DNA from: Octopus sinensis
Taxonomy: Eukaryota
Direction of reading: 5' to 3'
Length of the DNA stretch: 64,000 nucleotides
NCBI RefSeq assembly: GCF_006345805.1
Contig: NC_042997.1
Span: forward strand, 73,346,001-73,410,000
The position numbers and the translations under genes were made by a program. The notes under the pieces were generated by a model, which saw nothing but the letters and a program-made list of their open reading frames with translations, was not told the origin of the DNA and did not search any database. Within the stretch, counting starts at the first letter, position 1. Each line of letters begins with the position of its first letter. Shown here piece after piece: positions 24,166-36,900 of the stretch.

Positions 24166-24238
24166 GCCGAAATAGCTCAGTTGGGAGAGCGTTAGACTGA
24201 AGATCTAAAGGTCCCTGGTTCAATCCCGGGTTTCGGCA
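24166..24238 (+). tRNA. trnF-GAA: tRNA-Phe (GAA)
   Basis: GCCGAAATAGCTCAGTTGGGAGAGCGTTAGACTGAAGATCTAAAGGTCCCTGGTTCAATCCCGGGTTTCGGCA. Full cloverleaf, anticodon at 24199-24201, canonical metazoan sequence. Confidence 0.98.
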
Positions 24239-24254
24239 TCCAGTGGTTGGACTA

Positions 24255-24259
24255 TTTTT
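24255..24259 (+). terminator. RNA polymerase III oligo-T terminator
   Basis: T5 run beginning 17 nt downstream of the tRNA. Confidence 0.8.
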
Positions 24260-24849
24260 AAAGGTGGTGCACCAGCATAGCCGCGGTCAAGTAAACTGAA
24301 ACAAGTAAACTAAACTCTACATAATAACTGGTTTGAGTTCCACGAATTCATTAGGATTAACAAAATACATTTATTCTATTCTTCGGCAATTATTGCATTG
24401 CTACATTTAAGAAAGGGTAATAACATCACCATAATAATACTGAATAAGAGACACTAAGACTACTATTTTGTTAAGATCAGTTCTAATATCTTCATAAAGG
24501 AAAATAATATTTAATGCCTCCTCAAATAGAAAGGCTGATATATTATAAGTAGATTCAGTACCTTAATTAATTACATTTTATAAGCTATTCTAAGAGCACT
24601 TACCTCAAATAAACTCTCTTGCATGTGTAGTTTGGTATTAAAAAGCAGAGTTATACCCTGGTGCAGCAAAAATCCGATGATTCCGACAGTCATTCCAATT
24701 AAGCCCATCACGACCCAACGCAATGTGTTAAATCTATTAATAACAAAAATTACAATAACAGTACTACAGCTGAAACTACTACGACTACTAAGATTAAATA
24801 ATAATAATCATATTTGTTAGGAATTTTTGCACAATGATAGCAGCTGTGA

Positions 24850-25200
24850 GGAAGGGGCAAGTCGATTACATCAGTTCCAGCGCTCGACTAGAACCCGAGA
24901 GGGACAGAAAACTCAGAATGTATAACTGTAAGTTTTTTTCCAGCATGTCAAAGATTCTGTCAGCTCGCCACCTTAAAGATGATCCTTTCTACTATAGGTA
25001 CAAGGCTGCAACGCTTGGTGAAGGTGCTAGTCGATTACATGAACTCAAATGCTCAACTGGTACTTATGTCATCAAACCCGAAAGGATCAAAGGCATTGTC
25101 GACATCGGCGAAATTTGAACTTAGAACGTTCAGACGGACAAAATACCGCAAAGCATTTTGTCTGGACTGCTAACTGTTTTGCTAGCTTGCCGCCTGACCA
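24850..25200 (+). mobile_element. Two tandem copies of the SINE-like repeat family
   Basis: AGTCGATTACAT occurs at ~24860 and ~25030, and both copies end near (C/T)AGCT(C/T)GCC(A/G)CCT. Confidence 0.6.
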
Positions 25201-25243
25201 CGTCAGTCGTAACAGATATATGACCATGACAGTGGCAACAAAA

Positions 25244-25410
25244 TGCAACAACAACAACAACAACAATAGAAGCAACAGCAGCAGCAAGAGTAACAACAAC
25301 AACAACAGCAGTGTGTGCACATCACGGGAAACGTAAGCAAGAAAATGAAATAATAATGAGGATTATGAGAATTTCTTTAATGGCGATAATAATAGTAATA
25401 ATAATAATTA
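25244..25410. repeat. (CAA)/(CAG) and (TAA) trinucleotide tracts
   Basis: Direct reading. Confidence 0.85.
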
Positions 25411-25414
25411 CAAA

Positions 25415-28400
25415 CACACCCTTTAGCCTGGTAAGGCAGATTATATAGAGATGGAATCTCAATAAAAATACTCGTAGGAAGGAAAATTCCAGAAATCACT
25501 CTCAAGGAATCACGAAAAAAAAAACAATAATGAAATAGTTAACGGCGTGAAGGAAGCTGGAACCAGTTACGGCGAAGGTCTCACGCCCGGTATGGAAGTG
25601 ATTGGTTACGGATGATCTTTACAAAGCAACAGATCACATACAAAACCTGCGTGCAGCTAGACACAAGTGGACGAGTACGCTATACTCATACTCATTGAAT
25701 GTCATGAAAGAACAAAACTAGAAGGCAGTAGTGGAGGAGGACGACGTACATAATTTCAATGTCAGAAAATAAATTAATGAATCAAGTGAGCGTGATTAGG
25801 CCGAAGAATTAGTTAACTGAGGCAGAAATATTTCAGATTACTGAACGTTTAAGGGAAGCTGCAGGTGAGCAACAAAGGTTGATTAGAGTAGAAACTGAAG
25901 CTAAAGAATGTGAAGTTAAAGGCAGAGAGTAAAATAGACAACAGGAACACGGGAATTATAATAGGACTATTAAGGCTGCTGAGGAGAACTGTTACAAATT
26001 GAACTTTGTTACTGATGAGTTTGATTACAGAGAACAAGGACAATTATAGATTATTCACTTCAATTACAAAGAGGAGTAAATGAATGCTCCTGAAGAAAAT
26101 ATCCCGATAAGTATGTGAAGGGTTCATAGGGGCATGATGTATGTAATTGTCAAAAAGATAAATGCTGTTATATCACATATCCAGACAGCGGACATAACGC
26201 AACAAGGACGACGGCGGAGGCGGTGGCGGCGACAGTGGTGGCAGCGACGGCCACGGCGACGACGACAACGATAACGACGACGGTGACAACCATGACGACG
26301 AGGGTGACGACCATGACGACGAGGGTGACGACGACGACGATTACAAAACGCTTTTGACCTCATACCGCGTTCATGGATCCTGAAATCGCCGTTCATCTTC
26401 AAAATTTCATCCGTAATTACAAATTTTCTGAAGCAAAATATGTTATAGTGGAACACGAATCTCCAATTATATCACTCTAATGGAGTACTAGCTTCAAACA
26501 ATATTAGCATCAATTGGGGAATTTTCCAAGGTGATTGACTTTCGCCTTTAACATTTTTTCATAGCTTTAGTACCTCTTAGATGTGAATTTAACAGAACAG
26601 GGTATGGCCATAAGATTGAAAAAAAAAAAGCCTTAAAACTCTACGGCACAAAAAGTGATGAGTTTGAAGACTTGTTACATACTGTAAAAGCATTCAGTGA
26701 TAACATCGGAATGGAATTAGGTCTTGATAATTGTGCCAAGGCCACTTTCGAGAAAGGGAAATTGATAACACCAAATTCAGTCGTATTAAGTATTGAAACA
26801 GATACAAGAACTTGAGCAAGAACAAACCTATAAATACCTAGGTATAAAAGAAGGCCCTGACATTCAGCGAACGATTAGGAAGGAATGCTATAGAATATGA
26901 GTTCTGAAAACTAAGCTAAATGCATATAACAAGGCATTCGCCATAAATTCCTTAGTTGTTCCAGTTGTTACTTAAAGCTTCAATGTGTTGAATTGGAATA
27001 TCCGTAAAAGAAAATCGACGGAAAAAATCATAAGTTGCTGATTTGTAATAAAATATACGCCAAAAGACAGACGTGGATCTGATTTTACTTTCCCAGAGCT
27101 CTAGGATCTAGAAGCTTAATCTACAATTGGTCTGGCCACATATCTTGAAACACCTAAGACTGGATGTTAAAACTCGTTGAAAAGCACGGGAGGCGTAAGA
27201 AGCTTTATTCTATCTTGGAAGAGAGGAAATAATTTTCTATTGATTTCATGCTGAATATCCTGAAGGAAATGTGGCAGTTGTTGCTGCAAAGAAAGTAACA
27301 TAAATGGCAAAGGCAGTAAAATTAATTGGCTGGTAGGTTGGAGCAGAAATCTCTGCATGGAAAATATGTGACCCGTTGCAAGCATGCATATGTTGACCAG
27401 AAGCATCTTCATCAAAGGCTACGAAGCATGGGCTCAAGGTAAATAGAAAAGGTTTCATGTTAGCTGCTCAATATCAAAACTTCTTGACCCGGAACTACCA
27501 AGTCAACGTGATGAAAAATTGAATAGATCTAGAGTGCCGGTTCTGCAATGAGGAAATTGAAACAATGGAGCACCTAATCTTTGAATGTAAATTTTAATCG
27601 GTAGTAAAGTGTAAATCAAAACATGACACTGTTTGATATGCCAGCATCATAAAATCAAAATTGGTGACAAGTAGTATAAGCATGACTTTGAGACTGTAGC
27701 TGAGGGAGAAAATGGGATCTTTTCTAAAAGATGGACAGAATTTTCTACTTAACTAAATAATTTGAAACTTCGTATACTCTTAGAATGTGTCTGTTTTGAC
27801 CTCAATTCATTTTTTTCTGCCGTGTTATTCGTCCTTATCCATGTCTTCTGTCTTCAAAAGCTTCTCGCATGTTTATTTCAATGTCATCCCTGACTTACGG
27901 AACGATTACTTGTGTGTGTGTGTTTTTGTTGTGTATGTGTGTGCGTGTGTGTGTTTGTTGTGTGTGTGTTATTGTTGTGTATGTGTGTGTGTGTGTGTTT
28001 GTTGTGTGTGTGTGTTTGTTGTGTGTGTGTGTTATTGTCGTGTATGTGTGTGTGTGTGTTTGTTGTGTGTGTGTTATTGTTGTGTATGTGTGTGTGTGTT
28101 TGTTGTGTGTGTGTGTTATTGTTGTGTATGTGTGTGTGTATTTTTGTTGTGTATGTGTGCGTATGTGTGTGTCTTTTTGTTGTGTATGTGTGCGTGTGTT
28201 GTGTATCTCTTAAATCGAGGAATTTCGTCGCCCAATAAAAATATTAACGATATTTTTTGAAATTTGATATCATTAATATTTTTATTGGGCGACGAAATTC
28301 ATCGATTTAAGAGATACACAACACAGGCACACATGCACAACAAAAAAAAAACACACACACACACACACACATACACAACAAAAAGACACACACACATACG

Positions 28401-29250
28401 CACACATACACAACAAAAACACACACACACATACACGACAATAATACACACACATACACGACAATAACACACACACACACAACAAACACACACACACACA
28501 CACAACAATAACACACACACACAACAAACACACACACGCACACACATACACAACAAAAACACACACACACAGGTAATCGTTCCGTAAGTCAGGGATGACA
28601 TTGGAATAAACATGCGAGAAGTTTTTGAAGACAGAAGACAGAAGACATGGATAAAGACGAATAACTCGGCAGAAAAAATGAATTGAGGTCAAAACAGAGA
28701 ATACGATTGGTTAAAATTCGAAGAATTAAACTACCTAAAAGTTACAAAATACATTTTTCTCAAAAAAACTTTTTGAAATTAATGTTTTCTTTTGACACAT
28801 TCTAACAGTATACGAAGTTTCAAATTATTTAGTTAAATAGAAAATTCTGTCCATCTTTTAGAAAAGATCCAGAAAATGTAACGAGTCTTTGGGACATTCC
28901 GGCACATACAGACAGTACCATCAACGCGAATACGCCGGTTATTGTGGCAAAAGACCAAAATAATATCTGTTTATTGATTGACAGGAGTATCCAATGTGGT
29001 CATTATATTTCGGCAAAAGAATTTGACAAGCTCAGCAACTATAAAGATTTTGCTCGTTGAAGAAATCAAGTATTGAGAAGAGCATTGTCGCTATGCGAAC
29101 GACTTCCACTGTGTAAATGATATTTTTTGCATAACTTTATTTGATTTGGTAAATGAACAACCTGGGGTGTTTATTTACATGGCCTACCAACGTATACAGT
29201 GAGATTCTCTTCCCTACGTGTCACGAAAACACTCGGGAATAAAAGGAACC
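25415..29250 (+). mobile_element. Decayed R4/Dong-type LINE, family A copy 1, interrupted by a foldback transposon
   Basis: 26340-27714 and 28879-29250 align to 35625-37620 (RT, CCHC, endonuclease, 3' UTR). Upstream part poorly conserved. (TAA)n tract at the 5' flank. Confidence 0.75.
27715..28870. mobile_element. 1156 bp foldback DNA transposon with 8 bp TSD (Merlin- or MULE-like)
   Basis: Termini GGATCTTTTCTAAAAGATGG / CCATCTTTTAGAAAAGATCC. TSD AGAAAATG at 27707-27714 and 28871-28878. Almost the whole element is an inverted repeat. Confidence 0.92.
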
Positions 29251-29254
29251 AATA

Positions 29255-29980
29255 TTGTTGGAGGCCAATACACCGCAAGGCTTGACAGAGAAGTGAGCCT
29301 AAGTAAAAGCCAACAATGGATCAAATGCTCTGGACTAAAAGCTGAAAAGAAGGACTGCTTCTCGCTGCACAAGGCCAATGTCTGAATACGAACACGTATA
29401 AAAGCAAAATAATGAAAACAGCACAATGAGACAGTTGACCACATTATCTCTGGCTGCCCAACCTTGCCAAATTTGAATATATATTGAGACATGACCGAGT
29501 AAGTAGTTATATCAACTGGACAATATATCAACACTACAACGTAAAAACTGATTATAGTTGGCATAAACATGTGCCAAACAAGATACAAGACAACGTCCAG
29601 GCCACAATCCTCCAACAAAGAAATCAAAACGATAAAGAAATAAAAACTAATCACCCAGGCGTAATCAAGGATTGAGAAAAAATCACCTGCTTACTGATAG
29701 ACATAATCACTTCTGACCAAAATATTGTTCTAACAGAAGTGGAGAAGTCGTCAAAGTACAACGACCCCGAAACTGAAATATTCAAGATGTGGTTCATGAA
29801 GGTGAAAACAATACCAGTAATAATTGGAGCATTGATCATGACAAAAAACATGAGTAAAAACATAGAAGCTATACCTGGATCCTCAACACTACACAGAATC
29901 CAAAAAAATTAGCCCTACAAAGAGAAGCCCACATCCTACGCAAGACAATATCGATTCACTAATGAAACCTAACAAAACAA
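29255..29980 (+). mobile_element. Decayed R4/Dong-type LINE 3' fragment (family D)
   Basis: QQWIKCSGLKAE, DHIISGCPTLAKFEYILRHDRV and KTIPVIIGAL remnants. Confidence 0.75.
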
Positions 29981-30129
29981 TCCACATGCACAAGACACAC
30001 TCTATATAGCAAATATCCAATGAAATAAACAACCAGCTGCAGACTAGTTGCACACGCATTACACACACAACACACAATACAAGCATTAATACAACAAATG
30101 ACTGCGTCACACTACATGAAAAAGAGAAA

Positions 30130-33100
30130 CTGATGCAATAGAGTATCGGGAAGAATTTGCACTCCTCAAACAACGAAAAATAACACACAACGTTGCGCGG
30201 ATTACAAAAGACCACGTACCCGAAAATTGAACCAAATTCTGATTGAAAAATCAGCTACTGGATCAAATCTTCCCAACACACAGGAGCTGGACGTACCCCA
30301 CAACCGGAATATTCCAACAGATGGCCATCCATGCTCGTCACCAAATAATCAAAAGAAAAAGAAGGTAAAATGGTCTAGGGAAGATAATAAAGAAGTTCTT
30401 GGGGCCTTCTACCATGCCATATATTTCCCCACAGATAAATCTAACACTGTACAAACAAACTTAAACTGGAGACAGAAACACCCTGAAGTAAGACCCTACA
30501 TAGACAGTAACAAACTTGCCAACGTCAGAAGAAAATTACTGACTGAAGTAGAGATTGATCAAGTTAGACAAGCAATATCGGATAAAATGAACGAAGCTGC
30601 AGCTAGAGAAGATAATACAGAGGAAATAATTATAGACCAGCCCAGGGCTGATAAAAACGAAGTAAGGATTGAAAGAGTTAGTATAAGTGATATGCAAAGT
30701 GAAATACTCCCTGAACCAATCATAAACACAAAGACAGATGAACATCAAATAGATAGAGAAAGTCACACAAATATTGACCCAACAGAACTACATGAGCTAA
30801 AAAATCAAATCATGATTAAATGGCTGAAAATTAAAGAAACCAGCAATTAAAATCCGCAACTCTAACCAAAACATGAAAATAATTGGTAAAATCCGGCTTG
30901 CACTTAAGGATATAATTTCAGCTAATGATGTTGATATCACAAATCACGACCACCTATACTATGCATCCGCGACAATCTCAACGATCCTATGTGGTGTAAA
31001 GATTAGAAAACGGCAACATTCCCACAAAAAGCCTTCTTGGCAAGAGCGTCTGCAACAACAAATTAAACGATTTAGATCTGACATTGAATATTAAGGCTCA
31101 CAAGACTACCAAACCTACAAAAACCCAAAAATTGCTGAAAAATACAATATGAAAACTATACTTGATATTGATGCCACCATAGAAACCATCAAACAAAAGG
31201 TATCTGCCAAAGCTGCCCGCATAGCGAGGTATGAAAAGCGTGTTAGATTTTTCAAGGACAACAACATGTTCAAAAATAACCCCAAGAATTTTTACAGGAA
31301 GATAGGAAAAACAGCGTTTACTGTAAATTATGTACCATCAAAAGAAGTGCAGGGATTTTGGAATAAAATTTGGGCAGAAGAGAAAAAACACAACGAAAAG
31401 GCCCCCTGTATTGACAGAATATCTACAGAACTGGACCCCTTAGAAGAGCAAAAGTGGGAGGGTGTCAAGGTAGAAGATCTGCTCTCAGGAGGTCAAGCAA
31501 ATGGAAGTCTCCAGGAAAGGATAAAATTCCTAACTTCTGGCTGAATGCCTTCCCAGAGAGCCATGAACTGCTAACAGAACTGTACAATGATGTTTTGCAA
31601 CACCCTAGTTGGATGCTTCCTTGGCTAGTTAATGGGTTAACATTCCTGCTTCCAAAAAGTGAAGAAACAAATGAACCAAAAAACTATAGACCCATAACCT
31701 GCTTAATAACTATGTACAAAACGCTAACATCTGTCCTGACGGAATATACTTATAGTTTTTTAACAGACAGCAGCATATTCCCTAATGAACAGAAAGGATG
31801 TAAACGTGGATCCTACGACTGTAAAGATCAACTACTCATCAATAAGATGATCTTAGAAGATTGTCACAAACGACACAAAAACTTATCAATAGCCTGGATA
31901 GACTATAAAAAGGCTTTTGATAGCCTACCACATAGCTGGATTAGGAAATGCCTTGGAAATGTATAAGATAGCACCTACTCTGCGAAACTTTTTGACTGTA
32001 AGTATGAGATCATGGAGAACCACACTAACTCTGAACAGTGACAATGAATCCCTAAATGTTGGTGATGTAAAAATTTCGTGTGGCATTTTCCAGGGTGACT
32101 CTCTGTCACCACTCTTCTTTTGTTTAGCCTTAATACCTCTCTCAAAACTGCTCAATGACGCGCAGTACGGGTATAAAATGTTTGATAAAAATATAAATCA
32201 TTATCATTTACATGGATGATTTAAAGCTCTTTGCAAAAAATGACCAACAACTCAAGGGCTTACTACCGATAGTCAAACAATTCAGTGACGACATCAGAAT
32301 GCAATTCGGACTCGATAAATGTGCAAAAGCTACCTTTATCAAAATGACAGAAACATCTAACGTTAACCTTGACCAGCAGAATGTCATAAAGGATTAGACC
32401 CAGCGGAGAGCTACGAGTACCTAGGAGTAATTGAAGGGAACGGAATAAGGCATTCAGAGATGAAGGAAAGGATCAGGAGAGAATGTTATCGAAGAGTGAG
32501 AGCAATACTCAAGACAGAGCTGAATGCAAGAAACAGGATCGAAGCGATCAATGCATTAGCCATACCAGTTGTGACTTACAGTTTCAATATCGTTAACTGG
32601 TCAATTACTGAAAAATGTCAGCTCGACAGAAAAATAAGAAAACTGTTGACAATGCATAGAATGCACCGCCCTAAGGCAGATACAGAACGACTTTATCTGT
32701 CAAGAAAAGAGGGAGGCCGTGGTCTTTTGAAACTGGCAATAACAATGAAGATTGCTACAATTGGCCTAGACACCGACCTGAAAAAGTCTGAGGACTGGTT
32801 GTTAAAACTTGTCTCAAAACATGAAAACAAGAAAGCATCATACTCAGTAACAAACCAGGCAAAGGAATATCTAAGTGAATTCTGAATACAACCAATTTCG
32901 GAATTAGAGATAGACATACAAGAAACAAGCAAAGAAAAAGCCAAGCGCATGAAAACCCGTGCCAAAACTGCTGCCTTAGATATTCTGAATAATAAATGGC
33001 AAGAAAAACCTCTCTATGGCAAATACCCAAAGAGAGCGAATAATGCAGATATTGACAAAGCCCTGACCCATCAATGGCTAATGGTCTCTGGCTTAAAATC

Positions 33101-33949
33101 TGAAACAGAAGGGGTTTATCATAGCAGCTCAAGATCAATGCCTACCAACAAAAAACTACCAGGCCAACATATTAAAGAACGGCAGTAGCCCAGCATGTCG
33201 TGTATGCCGACAACAAAATAAAACCATTGATCATGTTGTCTCCAAATGCAGTCTTCTAGCGCCTACAGAGTACCTCAGCAGGCATGATAGAGCTGCACAA
33301 TATGTTCACTGGGTAATTTGCAAAAACCTGGATTTGCCCCATGAAAAAAACTGGTGGGAACATAATCCACCTCCAATGCTTGAAAATGACCACATCTCAC
33401 TCCTCTGGAACTTCACCATTCAAACTGACAGAAAGATAGATGCAAATAGGCCAGGCATCATATTGAAAGACTTCAGACAAAGAACATGCCTCCTCATTGA
33501 TATGACTGTCTCAATCGATATAAACGTATCTGTCAAGACCTACCAAAAACTGGGCAAATATAAAGATCTTGAAATAGAAATCAGCAAAATGTGGAACCTG
33601 AAGACTAAAACAATACCTGTTGTCATAGGTGCCCTGGGAATGATAGCGAAAGGGACTGATTGCTACCTAACTCAGATACCAGGAAACCCCAAAATGGCAG
33701 AAATTCAAAAGATAGTGCTCATGGGAACTCCTCATATCCTACGCAAAATACTCTCTATGTAATCCCAAGGTTTAAAACAAACTTTTTTTTTAATGTATTA
33801 GACATTCACTAGCACAGCACCAAAAAACCCCCAAATATATGGCACACTAGGCATAACAACAACGTGAACTTCCAACCTGTTGTCTCTTGAGGTCTCTGGG
33901 TGAGACTTGGAGCCAACTTGTACAGACATAAAGCAAAAGTCAAACATAG
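30130..33949 (+). mobile_element. R4/Dong-type LINE family B copy 1, near full length, frameshifted
   Basis: N-terminal KWSREDNKEV (Myb-like). WKSPGKDKIPNFW, NYRPITCL, AWIDYKKAFDS and MDDLKLF (RT). RH..ANRPGI..DM..KYKDLEIE (PD-(D/E)xK endonuclease). Ends in (TAA)n. Confidence 0.92.
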
Positions 33950-33983
33950 AATAATAATAACAATAATAATAATAATAATAATA

Positions 33984-36900
33984 CTCAACTTTCTCAAAAA
34001 GAGATCAAGTGATAGAAGATAAAAGACCGAGAAGAGTATAAAGAAGTAATATACACTTATTACTATGCATTAGGTAGGCCATCTCAAGAGAGACACACCG
34101 CAAACTCTTACAGTATATGGAGAACACGGAATCAAGACAGTAGGCCCTATTTGGACGAGAACAAATTAGCAAATGTGAGGAGGGATATCCTTAGAAATAA
34201 CAGACTCACAGACAGTGAAATAAGCGCGATCAAGCACGCAACGGAAAATGACATAAATATAAGACACAAAGGAAATGAAGAATCAGATGAACAGTATAGC
34301 CCGCCACGAGGCTTAATTGAAAGACTGCCATCTGACCAAAGTACGCAAAGGCCTGAAGATACAAGAAATTCTATTGTACCTCTTAAAGATAGCCAGGAAA
34401 ACGAAAAAAACAACAGTAACTGAAGATCTCGCATTTGCTGAAGAACACAGAGAGTCTATGGCAGAAATGAGGCAGAAAATCCTGAATACGCTTGAAGTTG
34501 TAAGACATACAAGTATGAATGATAGAGAACCACTTCATAAACTCTCAAATACAAACCAAAATAAAAAACAAATCCAAATTGGCAACTATGTAACAAATGA
34601 AATAATACGAGAATTAAAACCTGATTTTACTGAGTTAAATGAAATTATTTACGCTTCTGCTAGGGCAATTGAAACCAGCTGTATGCCCCCGAAAAAACAA
34701 AGAAAACAAAACCTGGGAAGAAATCAAACCTGGAGAAGTAAAATTGAAAAAGAGATTGAATTTATGAGAGGGGAAATATCAATATTAAATGAAATAATAT
34801 GTGGAAATGATGTAAGATCCAGAACAGGAAGAAAGATGAAGAGAAAATTTGGATCCTCACCAAGAGAAGAACTGATATCAATAAAAGAAACGCTGAAACA
34901 AAAAGTCCAAGCAAAAGCCCAAAGAATACGAAGATTTGAGAAGAGAAACAAGATTTACAAGCAAAATAAGCTGTTCACATCCAATGCCAAAAAATTCTAC
35001 AGAGAAATAGGGAAGGAGAAAGTAACCGTTAAAGACCCCCCTCCCATGGAAGAAGTTCAAAACTTTTGGAAAAGGATTTGGAGTGACAAGAAGACGTACA
35101 ACATAAATGCAGACTGGATTATACAAACTGAAGGATCCTACCAAAATTTTCAACAACAAGCATGGGAAGACATCACAATAGCAGACCTAAGAAAGGCACT
35201 CACGAAGGCCCATAATTGGAAATCCCCCGGTAAAGATAGGGTGCCGAATTTCTGGCTCGCATCGCTCCCATGCGCACACGGTAAGCTAGTTCAGCTGCTC
35301 AATGGAATTATGAGAGACCCAAAGAAAACACCTGAATGGTTAGCAAGTGGCATTACTTACCTACTCCCAAAGAATAACGAAACCAACCTTCCAAAAAACT
35401 ATCGGCCTATAACCTGTCTATCCACCACGTATAAAATCCTAACATCTATCCTGGCGGAGAAAACATATGCGTTCATGGAGAAGAACGATATTTTCCCCAT
35501 TGAACAAAAAGGGTGCCGCCGAGGCTCTTATGGATGCAAAGATCAACTGCTAATCAATCGTATGATCCTTGAGAACTGTCACAACAAGCGCAGAAATCTC
35601 AGCACCGCATGGATTGACTATAAAAAGGCCTTCGACAGTATACCGCATCCATGGATCTTGAGATCGCTGGACATCTTCAAAATTTCCCCTGTGATTTCAA
35701 ACTTCCTGAAGCACAATATGTCGTTGTGGAATACGAATCTCCAATTATACCACTCTAATGGAGTACTTGCCTCAGAAAATATAAACATCAACTGTGGAAT
35801 TTTTCAAGGTGACTCACTTTCACCTTTAATATTCTGCATAACCCTAATACCCCTTACAAGTAAATTAAACAGAACAGGGTATGGGTATAAAATTGCCAAT
35901 AAAAAAATAAGCCATCTATTTTATATGGATGACTTAAAACTTTATGGTAAAGACAATAATGAACTTGAAGGCCTATTGCGCACCGTGAAAGCATTCAGCG
36001 ATGACATCAGGATGGAGTTTGGACTTGAGAAGTGTGCCAAGGCCACTTTCCAGAAAGGGAAAGTGAAGACCACAAATTCAGTCGTGTTAGATGTTGACAC
36101 AGTCATAAGAGAGCTTGAGCAAGAACAAACATACAAATATTTAGGGATAAATGAAGGCTCTGGTATTCAGCATGCAAGCATGAAAGAGAAGATCAGGAAG
36201 GAATGTTATAGGAGAGTTCGTGCAGTCCTGAAATCTGAACTAAATGCACGTAACAAGGTGTTAGCTATAAATTCCTTAGCAGTTCCAGTTGTTACTTATA
36301 GCTACAATGTGTTCAACTGGAATATGAGTGAAGTAAGGAATATAGATAGGAAAATACGCAAGCTGCTGAGTTGTAATAGGATGCATCACCCAAAGGCAGA
36401 CGTAGATCGCCTTTACCTTCCCAGAGCCCAAGGAGGTCGAGGCCTGATCCAATTTGAACTAGCTTACAAAACAACCACAATTGGACTGGCCAAATATCTC
36501 GAAATATCGAATGACTGGATGCTAAAGCTCGTGGAAAATCACGAGAGACGAAAGAAGCTTCATTCTATCATAAAGGAAAGCAAAAAATTTGCTATTGATC
36601 TCGTGCAGGATACCCAAACTGAACAACCCGAGGGAAGTACGGCAACTATTGTTGCAAAGAAGGTGAAGATGATGGCAATGAAAAAAGCGCACGAGCAATT
36701 GGCTGATAGGTGGGAGGAGAAACCTCTGCACGGCAAATATGTGACCCGCAGCAAACAAGCTGATGTTGACCAGAAGCAAACCTATCAGTGGCTACAGAGC
36801 TCAGGGCTAAAAGCAGAGAGCGAAGGTTTCATCCTGGCTGCTCAAGATCAAAGCCTATTAACCCGGAACTACCAGGCCAATGTGATGAAAAATGGAGCGG

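Noticed and set aside
26208-26340. GC-rich Arg/His-like ORF
   Set aside because: Degenerate (GAC/GGC)n trinucleotide tract inside a decayed LINE.
30080-30230. HDV-like ribozyme at the 5' end of R4/Dong elements
   Set aside because: No nested pseudoknot could be found by eye, and most copies are 5'-truncated.
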